Below, in pieces: positions 1-10,315 of a stretch of 64,000 nt of DNA. Position 1 is the stretch's first letter, and every line of letters starts with the position of its first letter. The translations under genes and the position numbers were made by a program. The DNA is from Methanothermococcus sp. Ax23 (GTDB lineage Archaea; AGJL01; Methanococci; Methanococcales; Methanococcaceae): positions 1,120,001 through 1,184,000 of the forward strand of contig NZ_CP157522.1 of the NCBI RefSeq assembly GCF_049075655.1, written 5' to 3'. Under the pieces are notes generated by a model, which saw only the letters and a list, made by a program, of their open reading frames with translations, did no database searches and had not been told where the DNA came from.

Positions 1-1
1 A

Positions 2-424
2 AAATTGAACAAGATAATAAAAACCTATGAAAATTTAGGTTATAATATTAAGTTGGAAAAAGGTATTGTTCCAGTTGAAAAAATTAGGCCTACCCAATCA
101 AAGGTATATGAAGATGAGTTGTTTGGAAGAATTTATGAATTAAAACGGGGTCTTGCAGAACCTATAATAGTTATTAAAACAAAAAAAGGAGATTATTATA
201 TATTAATTGACGGACATCACAGGGCAGTGGCATGTTATTTATCAAACATACCAGAATTAGATGCGTATATAATTGAAATAGACACAGATAAGCCACTAGG
301 TATAGAGAAAACTGCTGAAAAACAGGGTTTAAAAACACTGGCTGATGTCAAGATAATAGATGAAGATAAAAATGATTCATGTGAAATATATAGGCTTGGA
401 AGTAAGATAGCACATTTGCATTGA
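2..424 (+). CDS. ParB/Srx N-terminal-like domain protein, C-terminal part (5' end lies outside the window)
   Basis: Motifs IRPTQ, EPIIV and LIDGHHRAVA are typical of the ParB/sulfiredoxin domain; frame is open from the window edge. Confidence 0.75.
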   Translation, partial: KLNKIIKTYENLGYNIKLEKGIVPVEKIRPTQSKVYEDELFGRIYELKRGLAEPIIVIKTKKGDYYILIDGHHRAVACYLSNIPELDAYIIEIDTDKPLGIEKTAEKQGLKTLADVKIIDEDKNDSCEIYRLGSKIAHLH

Positions 425-486
425 TATTGATAATTTTAATATTTTTTTAAATATTTTTTTATTTTAATATTTAATATTTATTTTTG

Positions 487-3195
487 TTATTTATTTGGCG
501 GTTTTTTATTATTTAGTAGTTTTACAACTTCCATATAGATAAATGTGGAAAAGGATGCAACTAAACATATTATCCAATCTCTTAATCCAAGTGTAGTAAA
601 TTCAAAAATGCCCCTTAAATATGGAGTGTATAAAATAATCAATGTTATTATGGATATAAAAACTACCGCTAAAATCAATATCTTATTCATCGGAGCTCCG
701 ATTTTAAATACTGATTCATCCAATGACCTAAAATTAAAGGTATTAAATATTACCATTCCTACTATTGTTGTAAAAACCATAGTTCTTGCGTATTCTATAT
801 TTGCTATTGGATTGGAAATAATAAATACCATAAATGCCACAAAAGCCATAAAACTGGCTAATTTTATTACTAAAAAAAAGTTTTTTTTAGCCAATATCTC
901 TTGCCCAATCTTTCTCGGCGGTTTGTTCATGACATCCTTTCTTACGGGGTCCATACCCAATGATATAGCAGGGAGCTCCTCGTCAAATGCATTTATAAAT
1001 AAAATTTGTAAAGGCAACAATGGAAGATAGTTAAAACCGTATATTAGTATGCCTATTGATATAAGGATTACCTCTGTAAAATTCCGGGAAATTAGATAGC
1101 AGGTGAATTTTTCTATATTTTCGTATATATTTCTACCGCTTTTAACTGCCTCCACTATCGTGGCAAAATTATCATCTTGGAGAATCATATCGCTGGATTC
1201 TTTTGCGACATCAGTTCCTTTTATGCCCATGGCTATGCCTATATCTGCCATTTTTAAAGCTGGGGCATCATTAACACCATCACCAGTCATAGCCACAATA
1301 TGACCTTTTCTTTTTAGGGTTTTAACAATCTTTAATTTCTGTTCAGGCATGACTCTTGCGTATATCTCCACAACATCCACAAGAGATTCAAATTCTTTTT
1401 CATCTAATATTTCCAGTTCGTTTCCAGTCATAACTCTTTTGACTGTTTTATTATCATCATTATCATCCAACAACCCAATTTTCTTACCTATTGCCTTTGC
1501 AGTTTCTTCATTATCTCCTGTTATCATTATTACCTTTATGCCTGCTTTTTTACAGGTTTCTATTGCCTCTTTTACTCCTTCTCTTGGCGGGTCAGTCATA
1601 CCAACTAAACCTAAAAAAATTAAATCATTTTCAATTTCATCATCTTTTAACGTATTATACTCATAATAATCTTCATTACAAATTTTTTTATATGCCACGC
1701 CAAGAACACGATAGGATGAGCTCGCCAGTTTGTTATTCATCCCAATTATTTTTTCTATTTCATCGGCATTAATTTCCCATATTCCATTGTCCTTTCGAAG
1801 CGAATCCTTCGGATTCGCTGACTTACGAAAACTCGAAGAGTTTTCGTCAAGTTTGATAAATTTGCATTTTTTTAAAATAACTTCCGGAGCTCCTTTTGAA
1901 AATACGATTAACTCATTATTTACATTATTTACCTCATCTACTTTATGAACTGTTGTCATCAATTTTCTTTCGGAACTAAACGCTATTTCTTTTATTCTCG
2001 GGTATCTTTTCTCCAAATTATCTTTCCATAAATCAGCCTTTGCACCAGCAACGATTAATGCCACCTCTGTTGGGTCTCCAATGGAGTCCCATATTCCATC
2101 GGTTTTCCTAATTACTGCATTGTTGCACAAGGAAACAGCCTTTAACAGTAAAACCAAATTTTCCTGAGTATCTACTTTAATATTCTTATCCTCTATAAAA
2201 AATTTCCCTTCTGGTTCATAGCCCTTTCCAGTTATTTCATAGATTTTGCCATCAACAAAAATTTTTTCCACAGTCATTTCATTTTTTGTTAAAGTGCCTG
2301 TTTTATCGGTGCAAATCACAGTAGTTGAACCAAGGGTTTCTACTGCAAGCATCTTTCTTACAACTGCATTATGCTTTGCCATATTGTGCATGCCCACCGA
2401 TAAGGTAAGGGTTAAAGTGAGTGGAAGCCCCTCGGGAACAGCCGCCACTGCAAGGGCAAGTGCAACCATTAACATCTCAGCAATAGGAGCTCCCATAAGA
2501 ATACCAAATCCAAACACCGCAGAACTGGATAATAATGCAATTAATGCCAATGTTCTTCCCAAATTGTGTATTTTTATTTGAAGTGGTGTTTTTTCTTTTT
2601 CATCTTTTTCAATCATATCTGCGATTTTTCCGAGCTCTGTTCTCATACCAGTATTAATTACAATAGCTTCACATTTTCCCCGCACAATCTGAGTTCCAGC
2701 AAAAATTAAGTCCCCCTTGGATTTTTTTACAGCTTTACTTTCTCCCGTTAGTATTGATTCATCAACCTTAAATTCCCCAATTGTATCTATAATTTTTGCA
2801 TCAGCGGGAATTATATCTCCCATTTCTAAAACAAGAACATCTCCGGGAACAACTTCCCTACTGTATATTTCTCTTAATTCCCCATCCCTTATTACCCGAG
2901 TTTTATATTGAACAAATTTTTTTAAAGATTCCATGGCTTTTTCTGCCTTATACTCCTGAATAAATCCCATGATTATAACAAAAATAATTACAAACAATAT
3001 CATCCAAAAATTAAGCACTTCACCAATAAAAATGGATATAGCCATTGCTACAATAAGCACCCACACTAAGAAATTACTCACAAACTGCCGGATTAAAATA
3101 TTAAGCCATGTTATTCTTTTTTTAGCTTTCAACTCATTGTATCCGTATTTTTCCAATCTCTCCTTAGCTTCCCATTCCGTTAAACCCAATGTCAT
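487..3195 (-). CDS. Cation-transporting P-type ATPase (type II, Ca2+-like), with a 19-aa in-frame hairpin insertion
   Basis: TGES, PEGL, DKTGTLT, KGAPE, MITGD and GDGVNDAPAL motifs; likely start MTLGLTE at 3195. Confidence 0.93.
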   Translation of the reverse strand: MTLGLTEWEAKERLEKYGYNELKAKKRITWLNILIRQFVSNFLVWVLIVAMAISIFIGEVLNFWMILFVIIFVIIMGFIQEYKAEKAMESLKKFVQYKTRVIRDGELREIYSREVVPGDVLVLEMGDIIPADAKIIDTIGEFKVDESILTGESKAVKKSKGDLIFAGTQIVRGKCEAIVINTGMRTELGKIADMIEKDEKEKTPLQIKIHNLGRTLALIALLSSSAVFGFGILMGAPIAEMLMVALALAVAAVPEGLPLTLTLTLSVGMHNMAKHNAVVRKMLAVETLGSTTVICTDKTGTLTKNEMTVEKIFVDGKIYEITGKGYEPEGKFFIEDKNIKVDTQENLVLLLKAVSLCNNAVIRKTDGIWDSIGDPTEVALIVAGAKADLWKDNLEKRYPRIKEIAFSSERKLMTTVHKVDEVNNVNNELIVFSKGAPEVILKKCKFIKLDENSSSFRKSANPKDSLRKDNGIWEINADEIEKIIGMNNKLASSSYRVLGVAYKKICNEDYYEYNTLKDDEIENDLIFLGLVGMTDPPREGVKEAIETCKKAGIKVIMITGDNEETAKAIGKKIGLLDDNDDNKTVKRVMTGNELEILDEKEFESLVDVVEIYARVMPEQKLKIVKTLKRKGHIVAMTGDGVNDAPALKMADIGIAMGIKGTDVAKESSDMILQDDNFATIVEAVKSGRNIYENIEKFTCYLISRNFTEVILISIGILIYGFNYLPLLPLQILFINAFDEELPAISLGMDPVRKDVMNKPPRKIGQEILAKKNFFLVIKLASFMAFVAFMVFIISNPIANIEYARTMVFTTIVGMVIFNTFNFRSLDESVFKIGAPMNKILILAVVFISIITLIILYTPYLRGIFEFTTLGLRDWIICLVASFSTFIYMEVVKLLNNKKPPNK
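1795..1851 (-). repeat. Double-hairpin micro-insertion, in frame in the ATPase (57 bp)
   Basis: GC-rich stems AGCGAATCC-ttc-GGATTCGCT and ACGAAAACTC-gaa-GAGTTTTCGT; near-identical copy at 14568-14625. Confidence 0.85.
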
Positions 3196-3323
3196 TGTAT
3201 CACAAAATATATAATAATAAATAAAAACGGTAGTATGATGATAAAAAATAATAAAATATAAAAATATGGAGTATATGGACATATTTTTAAAATTTATACA
3301 TTATTTATGTTTTTTGAACTAAT

Positions 3324-4433
3324 TTACAATCTACTGTATTTGTAAAATATCCTACAAGTTCCTTCATCAGAAACCATACAGCTTCCAATAGGATTTAATG
3401 GATTGCATGGATTTCCAAATAATTTACAATCGCTGGGTAATTTTTCCCCCCTTAGTATTTCACTACATATGCAACCTTTGTTTATTTTTTCCTCTATTTC
3501 TGGGATATCCTCATGCTCAAATATGTCAAATTTTGCATATTTTTCCCTAAGTTTTAAGCCACCTTCTTTTATAATTGGAAAACCTCTCCAAGCAACATCA
3601 GCAGGTTCAAACACTTCGTTTATCATCTTCTGGGCAACCATGTTTCCTTCTTCCCTAACTGCCCTTTTATACTCGTTTTCAACCTTTGCCGTATTGTTTA
3701 TTATCTGCTTCAAAATCATGGCAATTGATACCAAAACATCAAGGGGTTCAAATCCTGCTACAACCATCGGAGCTCCGTATTTTTCACAAGGTTCATAGTA
3801 TGGTTTTAAACCTGTAATTGTTGAAACATGCCCTGGACATATAAATCCATCTATATTTGTTGTTCCTTGACTAAGCAAAAAGTCCATAACTGGTGGTGTT
3901 TGCCTATGACAGTTCAATATATAGAAGTTTGATTCATTTTTATTACCACTTAATTTATTGTTAAGATGTAGGAGCTCCGCGGCTGTTGTTGGTGCTGTGG
4001 TTTCAAAGCCTATGGCTACAAATACAACTTTTCCCTTATTGTTTTCCTTCTGCTCTTTTGCAAGTTTTACTGCATCCCCTATTCCATATACTATCCTTAC
4101 ATCAGCCCCTTCTGATTGAAGTTGCATCAATGATTTTTTACTTCCGGGAACTCTATACATGTCTCCCAATGTGGTTATTGTGTATCCATTTTCAGCCAAA
4201 TAAATTGCAGTATCTATCTCTTTCTGAGTGGTGACACATACTGGACATCCAGGACCTGGTATAACCGTTATATTTTCAGGAAGAACGTCCCTTATTCCAT
4301 ATTTACAGATGGTATGTTCATGAGAACCGCAGACATGCATTATCTTTACATTGTCATCTATTTTACCTGACAGTTTTTTAATAGTATCTATTGATTTTTT
4401 TATCAAAGTTTTGTCGTTGATGTTTATTGCCAT
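3324..4433 (-). CDS. hypD: Hydrogenase maturation protein HypD
   Basis: MHVCGSHE, GPGCPVC, GFETT, PGHVS and the C-terminal CMVSDEGTC motifs. Confidence 0.97.
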   Translation of the reverse strand: MAININDKTLIKKSIDTIKKLSGKIDDNVKIMHVCGSHEHTICKYGIRDVLPENITVIPGPGCPVCVTTQKEIDTAIYLAENGYTITTLGDMYRVPGSKKSLMQLQSEGADVRIVYGIGDAVKLAKEQKENNKGKVVFVAIGFETTAPTTAAELLHLNNKLSGNKNESNFYILNCHRQTPPVMDFLLSQGTTNIDGFICPGHVSTITGLKPYYEPCEKYGAPMVVAGFEPLDVLVSIAMILKQIINNTAKVENEYKRAVREEGNMVAQKMINEVFEPADVAWRGFPIIKEGGLKLREKYAKFDIFEHEDIPEIEEKINKGCICSEILRGEKLPSDCKLFGNPCNPLNPIGSCMVSDEGTCRIFYKYSRL

Positions 4434-4539
4434 AATATCCCTACTGTTTATATAATATTAATATCTTATTAAAAATAAAATGGTTAATCCTATATAAATT
4501 GTTATTTATAAAATTTATAAAAATGTGAAGGTGAAAATT

Positions 4540-4929
4540 ATGTTCCCAGGAAGGATGAATCCAAGGATGTTAAAACAAATGCAGAAGATGATGAAAGATT
4601 TTGGAATGGATGCTGAGGATTTAAAAGCGGTGAAGGTAACAATCGAGTTAGAGGACAAAATACTTGTGTTTGAAAAGCCAAAGGTTCAATTAATGGATAT
4701 GATGGGGACCAAAACATACTCCATAACAGGAAAGGCTAAAAAGATTAAGAAAGAAACAGAGGAAAAACCAGAAGAGAAAATAAAGGATGAAGAAGTTAAA
4801 TTAGATATCACTGATGAAGATATTGAAATGGTAATGAATCAGTGCAATGTTTCAAAAGAAGAGGCTAAAAAGGCATTGGAAGAATGCAACGGAGATATAG
4901 CTGAGGCGATTTTAAAACTAAGTGAATAA
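4540..4929 (+). CDS. nac: Nascent polypeptide-associated complex protein
   Basis: MFPGRMNPR start, NAC domain, C-terminal UBA-like GDIAEAIL. Confidence 0.92.
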   Translation: MFPGRMNPRMLKQMQKMMKDFGMDAEDLKAVKVTIELEDKILVFEKPKVQLMDMMGTKTYSITGKAKKIKKETEEKPEEKIKDEEVKLDITDEDIEMVMNQCNVSKEEAKKALEECNGDIAEAILKLSE

Positions 4930-5010
4930 ATTTATTGAATTTTAAATTATAAATTATTAAACTTATTTTTTTACGATAAACCGCCGAGAAAGCCAACGAT
5001 TTTAATCGTT

Positions 5011-5047
5011 ATACAAAACATAGTTTTGTAAAATCTCTTACGAGATT
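5011..5047. repeat. Double-hairpin insertion (37 bp) within the left-end hairpin
   Basis: TACAAAAC-ata-GTTTTGTA plus AATCTC-ttac-GAGATT; removal restores CCAACGATTTTAATCGTTGG. Confidence 0.7.
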
Positions 5048-5373
5048 GGATGAGAGGCGCACATCATTTTTTTTATATACTCCACTACATAATATATGAG
5101 TGTAATTAGAATAATAGCATATATATAAATTTGGTGAATTCCATGCAAGTAACCAGAGTGCTGACAATAAACCTAACCAGAAGTTTAAATAATGAACAAT
5201 TAATAATCATAAACCATTTAACCTATTCAGCATCAAAACTCTGGAATACATCCAACTACGAAGTAATACAGCGAAACATTAAACCAAATAAAATAGATGT
5301 TCAAATGAAGAACAACTTCTGGTTTAAAAACCTGCACTCACAGTCAGCACAGGCAGTATGTCAAAAACTTCAA

Positions 5374-5420
5374 ATTAGACGAAAACCTTCGGTTTTCGTT
5401 GCTCGCTTGCTACGCAAGCG
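5374..5420 (+). repeat. Double-hairpin micro-insertion, frameshifting tnpB (47 bp)
   Basis: ATTAGA-CGAAAACC ttc GGTTTTCG-TTGC-TCGCTTGC tac GCAAGCG(A). Confidence 0.88.
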
Positions 5421-5813
5421 ATTGCATGGCAAAACTACTTCAAACAACACACTAAAAGACCACGATACCAACCAAAAGATGGACACTTTCCCGTAAAATG
5501 GAAGAAGCAAGGTTTCAAAATCATAGGCAATAAGTTAAGATTATCCTTATCTAAACAAACTAAAAACTATCTCAAAGAGAAGCATGGTATCAAGTGCAGG
5601 TATCTATGGGTAGGGTTATCGAAAACTCTACCGCTTGATACCATGCAGGTTAAAGAAGTTGAGATAGTTCCGCAGACCATCTATGGGATAACCTACTACA
5701 TACTTCACTTAATCCATAAGAAACCAGTAATTCAAGAACCTATCAAAGAAGGTAATATATTAAGTATTGATTTAGGAATTAAGAATTTAGCAACAGCAAT
5801 AACAAACACAGGT

Positions 5814-5861
5814 ATCAGGCGAAAACCTTCGGTTTTCGCTACTCACCAACATCAGTTGGTG
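5814..5861 (+). repeat. Double-hairpin micro-insertion, in frame in tnpB (48 bp, IRRKPSVFATHQHQLV)
   Basis: ATCAG-GCGAAAACC ttc GGTTTTCGC-TAC-TCACCAAC atca GTTGGTG(A). Confidence 0.85.
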
Positions 5862-6550
5862 AAAGCAGTAATCTACGATGGAAGAAGGTTAATTTCTAAA
5901 TTCCGATGGTTTGCTAAAACAAAGGGGAAAATACAGTCTGCACTAACAAAACAGGAGTTAAAGAATAACAAAAGATTATCACACTTAACAGTAAAGGAGA
6001 AAAACTACACTAAGGATTATCTTCATAAGGTCAGTAAGATGATTGTTGATTTTGCAGTAGATAATAAAGTTTCAAGGATTGTAATCGGCGAGTTAAACAA
6101 AGGTATTTCAAATATTAATATTGGTAGAAAGAACAACGAGAAAATACACAAGATACCTTTTGGTAGGTTAGTAAGTATGATACAGTATAAAGCAGAGGAA
6201 AGGGGATTAACAGTAGAACAGGTTAATGAATCTTATACTTCTCAAACTTGTAGTAATTGTGGTGTGGTTAAAAAGAGTAATAGGAAGTATAGGGGTTTGT
6301 ATGTGTGTAGTGAGTGTGGTATGGTTTTGAATGCTGATATTAACGGGGCTTTGAATATTTTAAAAAAAGTATTTTCATGTAGCGTAGCCCTGAACCCGTT
6401 AATGGGTAGGGGTAGTGGGCTTGGCAACCCATGTAGGGTTAGACCCTGCTAAAGAACCCCACGATTTTAATCGTGGGAGTATGTCAGGTTATTAAAAATT
6501 TAAATAAAAATTTAGATAATTTATAACATGCTGAATTATCGGTGAAAAAA

Positions 6551-7900
6551 ATGGATATTGAAGGATATGTAAAAAGATGTTTGGAGAGAAAAACACCTGA
6601 AAATAAAATAATCGAAGATGGATTTAAGAGAGTAATGGAAGTCAAAAAAATAGATGAGGAAATTGCAAAGGAATTTGTTGAGGCAGTAATTCAAGAGGTA
6701 AAAACCACTCAATCCTATAAAAAAATAGACGATGAAAAATTAAAATATATTTTGGACTGTGAGGAATCAGGAGTATCTATGGGAGAGATTGGAGGAGGTA
6801 GTAGAGGAGAAGGAGATTTTTTCATACATAGGCAGATAGCAAGGATAATCGAAAGCACAAATCAAAAAACAGAAGTTGATAGCAGGGAACAGGATGATGC
6901 AGGAGTTGTAAAATCGAACGCAAACTACATAGTTGTTGCAGTTGATGGAACTCATTCAAGATTAAGTGATTTTCCTTTTTTAGCTGGTTTTCATGTCACT
7001 AGGGCATGCCTTAGAGATGTTTTTGTAATGGGTGCAGACCCTGTTGCACTTATAAGTGATATCCATTTAGCAGATGATGGGGATGTATCCAAGATATTTG
7101 ATTTTACAAGCGGTATTTGTGCAGTATCTGAGGCAATAGGCGTTCCATTGGTTGCAGGAAGCACATTAAGAGTTGGGGGAGACATGGTATTGGGAGATAG
7201 AATGGTGAGCTCCGTAGGGGCAATAGGAGTAATTGAAGATAACAAACCAACGGCAAGGAAAAGAGCAGAAGTTGGAGATGTAATTTTAATGACTGAGGGA
7301 AGCGGTGGAGGAACAATATCCACAACGGCATTATATTATGGGATGTTTGATGTAATTTATGAAACACTTAATGTGGATTTTTTAAAGGCATGTAAAAATC
7401 TCATAAAACACGACCTATTGAAATATATCCATGTAATGACTGATGTGACGAACGGAGGACTCAGGGGGGACGCCTACGAAATTTCAAAAACTGCAAATGT
7501 TTCATTGGAGTTTTATAAGGATGAAATATATAGTTTGATAAATCCAAAGGTTTTGGATATGCTGAATAAGTTGAATATTGACCCATTGGGCGTTTCAGTG
7601 GATAGTTTATTGATAATAGCTCCAAAGGAACATGCGGATGAAATCATGGAAAAAACTGGTGCAAAGATAGTTGGAGAAGTAAAGGAAGGAAATACCAGTT
7701 ATTTAATAGATAATGGTAAAAAAATCCCATTGATTCCAGAGTTCAGAGAGGCAGCATACACCCCAGTTAAAAAAGTCGTGGATAAAATGAAGCCCGATAA
7801 AGAAGAATTTGAAATTATGAAGAAAAAGGTTAAAAAGGCATGTGATGAGGCAATTAAAAAGAAGGAATTTGTAAAGGAGTTATTGAATAAAAACATTTAA
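6551..7900 (+). CDS. AIR synthase-related protein (PurM/HypE/ThiL superfamily)
   Basis: QDDAGVV, AVDGTHSRLSDFPFLAGFH and MTDVTNGG motifs. Confidence 0.85.
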   Translation: MDIEGYVKRCLERKTPENKIIEDGFKRVMEVKKIDEEIAKEFVEAVIQEVKTTQSYKKIDDEKLKYILDCEESGVSMGEIGGGSRGEGDFFIHRQIARIIESTNQKTEVDSREQDDAGVVKSNANYIVVAVDGTHSRLSDFPFLAGFHVTRACLRDVFVMGADPVALISDIHLADDGDVSKIFDFTSGICAVSEAIGVPLVAGSTLRVGGDMVLGDRMVSSVGAIGVIEDNKPTARKRAEVGDVILMTEGSGGGTISTTALYYGMFDVIYETLNVDFLKACKNLIKHDLLKYIHVMTDVTNGGLRGDAYEISKTANVSLEFYKDEIYSLINPKVLDMLNKLNIDPLGVSVDSLLIIAPKEHADEIMEKTGAKIVGEVKEGNTSYLIDNGKKIPLIPEFREAAYTPVKKVVDKMKPDKEEFEIMKKKVKKACDEAIKKKEFVKELLNKNI

Positions 7901-8072
7901 TTCATTTTTTATCATTTATCATTATTATTTTTATTATCTATCTGTATCATTTTATTTACCTTTATTCCCTTATTTACTCTCGCATATTACATTTTTCATT
8001 TTTTTATTTTCACAGTTGTGTATGTTATTGACACTACTCAATAATGTATATATAGCTGTTTCATAACATAGT

Positions 8073-8098
8073 AATGTGTAGTAAAAATACTACATATT
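8073..8098. promoter_or_regulatory. Inverted repeat, putative operator of the 8125-12540 operon
   Basis: AATGTGTAGTA-aaaa-TACTACATATT (1 mismatch) lies just downstream of TATA-like ATGTATATATAG; the operon encodes an ArsR-type regulator. Confidence 0.4.
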
Positions 8099-8124
8099 GT
8101 CAAATAATAAAACATGGTGATAAT

Positions 8125-8406
8125 ATGAAACCATCAACCATACTATTTGGGGCATTGGCATCTCTTTTAATAATTGGTGGGATATATGCCTACAATACGG
8201 ACACTACGGTAAATGGGACAATATCAAATGCGGTAAATTGCCTTTGCGGTTCCGAATGCAACTTCACAGGACAAGAATCATGTATTTGTGGTAATGAATA
8301 CCATCATTCAGAAGAAGATGGATGCTGTGGAATGGCATACAGGCACGGTCATGGATACAGACACGGAGCTCAGAGCTGTGCATACCATAATTATGATAAT
8401 CAATAA
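8125..8406 (+). CDS. Small secreted or membrane-anchored Cys/His-rich protein
   Basis: GGTGA RBS, N-terminal hydrophobic segment, CLCGSEC..CICG..HH..CCG..HGHG. Confidence 0.65.
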   Translation: MKPSTILFGALASLLIIGGIYAYNTDTTVNGTISNAVNCLCGSECNFTGQESCICGNEYHHSEEDGCCGMAYRHGHGYRHGAQSCAYHNYDNQ

Positions 8407-8467
8407 GTTTAAATAAATATAAATAAATATAATTACATGAATATTTTTATAATCAAGAGGTGATTAT

Positions 8468-9499
8468 ATGCTGAAAAAATTAATGGTGCTTCTATCACTG
8501 ATAGCACTGTCGGCATCAGCAGTATCTGCAACAGATGTCGTATTGGTAAGTGATAATTATGCAGACCAGACGGCTGCTTTGGAAGTTGCAAATGTATTAA
8601 ATGCAACAGTAATTACTACAACATGGGGAATATACAACGAAAGTGTAATTGATGAAATAAAATCACTTAATCCCGATAAAGTAATAGTAATTGGTGGAAA
8701 TTTAGCAGTTGTTGATGATTACATCATTGCATTAGAAAATGAAGGTCTCACAGTTGAAAGAATAGGCGGACAGACAAGATACGACACAAACGCAAATATC
8801 ACATTGAGATTCCAAAATGAGTTTGCTCATGCATATGGAAATGCAACAATCTGCGTTGCTCATGGAATGGATGATATATCACTAAATGAAACAATGGCAA
8901 GAGTAAGAGACGGTCATTGTTTGGTAGTATTATCAAACGGCACTAACTTATCAGTAGAACCTGAAAGATTACATTTGAGAATTAACAAAGTAGAAGTAAT
9001 TGAAAATCCAGCTTGCCCATACAACCACTCAGCAGTGGTAAATGGATTGAGAAATAAGGGGCTTAATGTGGCTGTTCAGAACATTCCAGAAGACAGAGTA
9101 AAATCAATGATACAAAATAGAATAAGATACATGGAAATGAAAATTGAAATGTTAAAAGGACAGGGAATAAACACCACTGAATTGGAAGAGCAATTAAACG
9201 AAGTCAATGCATTAATGAACCAGAACAAGTATCAAGACGCATACAGAATAATGATGCAGTTAGAAGGGGAGCAAATGGCAACAGTTAGATTGCACTTGCA
9301 ACCTGGCGGCCATGGTAAAATGATGGGGAACAATACAAACATGGGCAACATGGGAGTTCCTATAGACCATCAAAATGTTGGAAATGCAGGAACTCCTGCA
9401 AACACCAACGCACCTATGAACCATCAATATGAAAACACCACAGTAGGAAATGCAGGAGCTCCACACATTAATCATCAAAACATGAAAGTGATGGAATAA
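8468..9499 (+). CDS. Secreted cell-wall-binding-repeat-2 (CW_binding_2) protein
   Basis: Signal peptide; VIVIGG.LAV and RIGGQTRYDT motifs; Asn/Met/His-rich repetitive tail. Confidence 0.8.
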   Translation: MLKKLMVLLSLIALSASAVSATDVVLVSDNYADQTAALEVANVLNATVITTTWGIYNESVIDEIKSLNPDKVIVIGGNLAVVDDYIIALENEGLTVERIGGQTRYDTNANITLRFQNEFAHAYGNATICVAHGMDDISLNETMARVRDGHCLVVLSNGTNLSVEPERLHLRINKVEVIENPACPYNHSAVVNGLRNKGLNVAVQNIPEDRVKSMIQNRIRYMEMKIEMLKGQGINTTELEEQLNEVNALMNQNKYQDAYRIMMQLEGEQMATVRLHLQPGGHGKMMGNNTNMGNMGVPIDHQNVGNAGTPANTNAPMNHQYENTTVGNAGAPHINHQNMKVME

Positions 9500-9549
9500 T
9501 AAATACACAACATTAAATCTTTTTTATTTTTTAAATTTAAGGTGATATT

Positions 9550-10311
9550 ATGAAATATATCTTAAAATTAACGGTTATATCATTGGTTGCTTCTATGGTT
9601 CTTTTGGCAGGATGTGTATCTCAAAATACAGATACTCAGGTGCCAAATAACCAAATACAAAATAATCAAGTTGATTATCATCAAAATCAAATGGGTATGG
9701 GAAAAGGAGGAATTGTAAATAATAATGGAGATGTAAATGTTAGCTTAATGTGTGAGAATATTGATGCACTCCCGCAACAGTCAATAAGTGAAGAAGAAAA
9801 GGAAGGATTAATTGAAATGAGGGAAGAAGAGAAATTAGCAAGAGATGTTTATTTAATATTATATGATAAGTGGAAATTACAGATATTCAAAAATATTGCC
9901 AATAGCGAACAAACCCACACTGATTCAGTAAAATATCTCTTAGAAAAATACAATATCTCAGACCCAGTTGAAAGTGAAGAAGTTGGAAAATTCTCAAATC
10001 CAAAATTTGAGGAATTATATAATAGTTTAGTTGAAAAAGGTAGTCAGTCAGCTGTTGATGCGTTGATAGTTGGGGCTACTATTGAGGATTTAGATATTGC
10101 CGATTTAGAAAATTGGATAAACAAAACCGATAACGAAGACATAAAATTGGTTTATGAAAATCTAATGAAAGGTTCAAGAAACCATATGAGAGCTTTTGTT
10201 GGGATGTTAAATAACTACGGGGCAAATTACACTCCACAATACATAAGCAATGAAGAATATGAGCAAATACTAAGCAGCTCAATGGAGAGAGGAGGAGGAC
10301 CTAACAGGTGA
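9550..10311 (+). CDS. DUF2202 ferritin-like lipoprotein
   Basis: Lipobox LAGC; MREEEKLARDVY, SEQTH, IEDLDIADL and GSRNHMRAF. Confidence 0.88.
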   Translation: MKYILKLTVISLVASMVLLAGCVSQNTDTQVPNNQIQNNQVDYHQNQMGMGKGGIVNNNGDVNVSLMCENIDALPQQSISEEEKEGLIEMREEEKLARDVYLILYDKWKLQIFKNIANSEQTHTDSVKYLLEKYNISDPVESEEVGKFSNPKFEELYNSLVEKGSQSAVDALIVGATIEDLDIADLENWINKTDNEDIKLVYENLMKGSRNHMRAFVGMLNNYGANYTPQYISNEEYEQILSSSMERGGGPNR

Positions 10312-10315
10312 GATT

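Larger units (their letters stand above)
5143..6452 (+). pseudogene. tnpB: TnpB RNA-guided nuclease, frameshifted by a 47-bp hairpin insertion
   Basis: RuvC motifs SIDLG, IVIGE and NADINGALNI plus CSNCG/CSECG zinc finger are intact. Deleting 5374-5420 joins the two ORFs (...QKLQ|IAWQNYF...) into one ~420-aa frame. Confidence 0.9.
4975..6487 (+). mobile_element. IS200/IS605-family element, tnpB-only (IS1341-like)
   Basis: Starts GATAAACCGCC directly after TTTAC and ends GTCAG; subterminal hairpins CCAACGATTTTAATCGTT..GG (left) and CCCACGATTTTAATCGTGGG (right); no TIR or TSD; the same ends recur in four derivative copies. Confidence 0.92.

Noticed and set aside
545-3214. Many antisense ORFs over the ATPase and other housekeeping genes
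   Set aside because: Shadow frames of real genes with no motifs or RBS.
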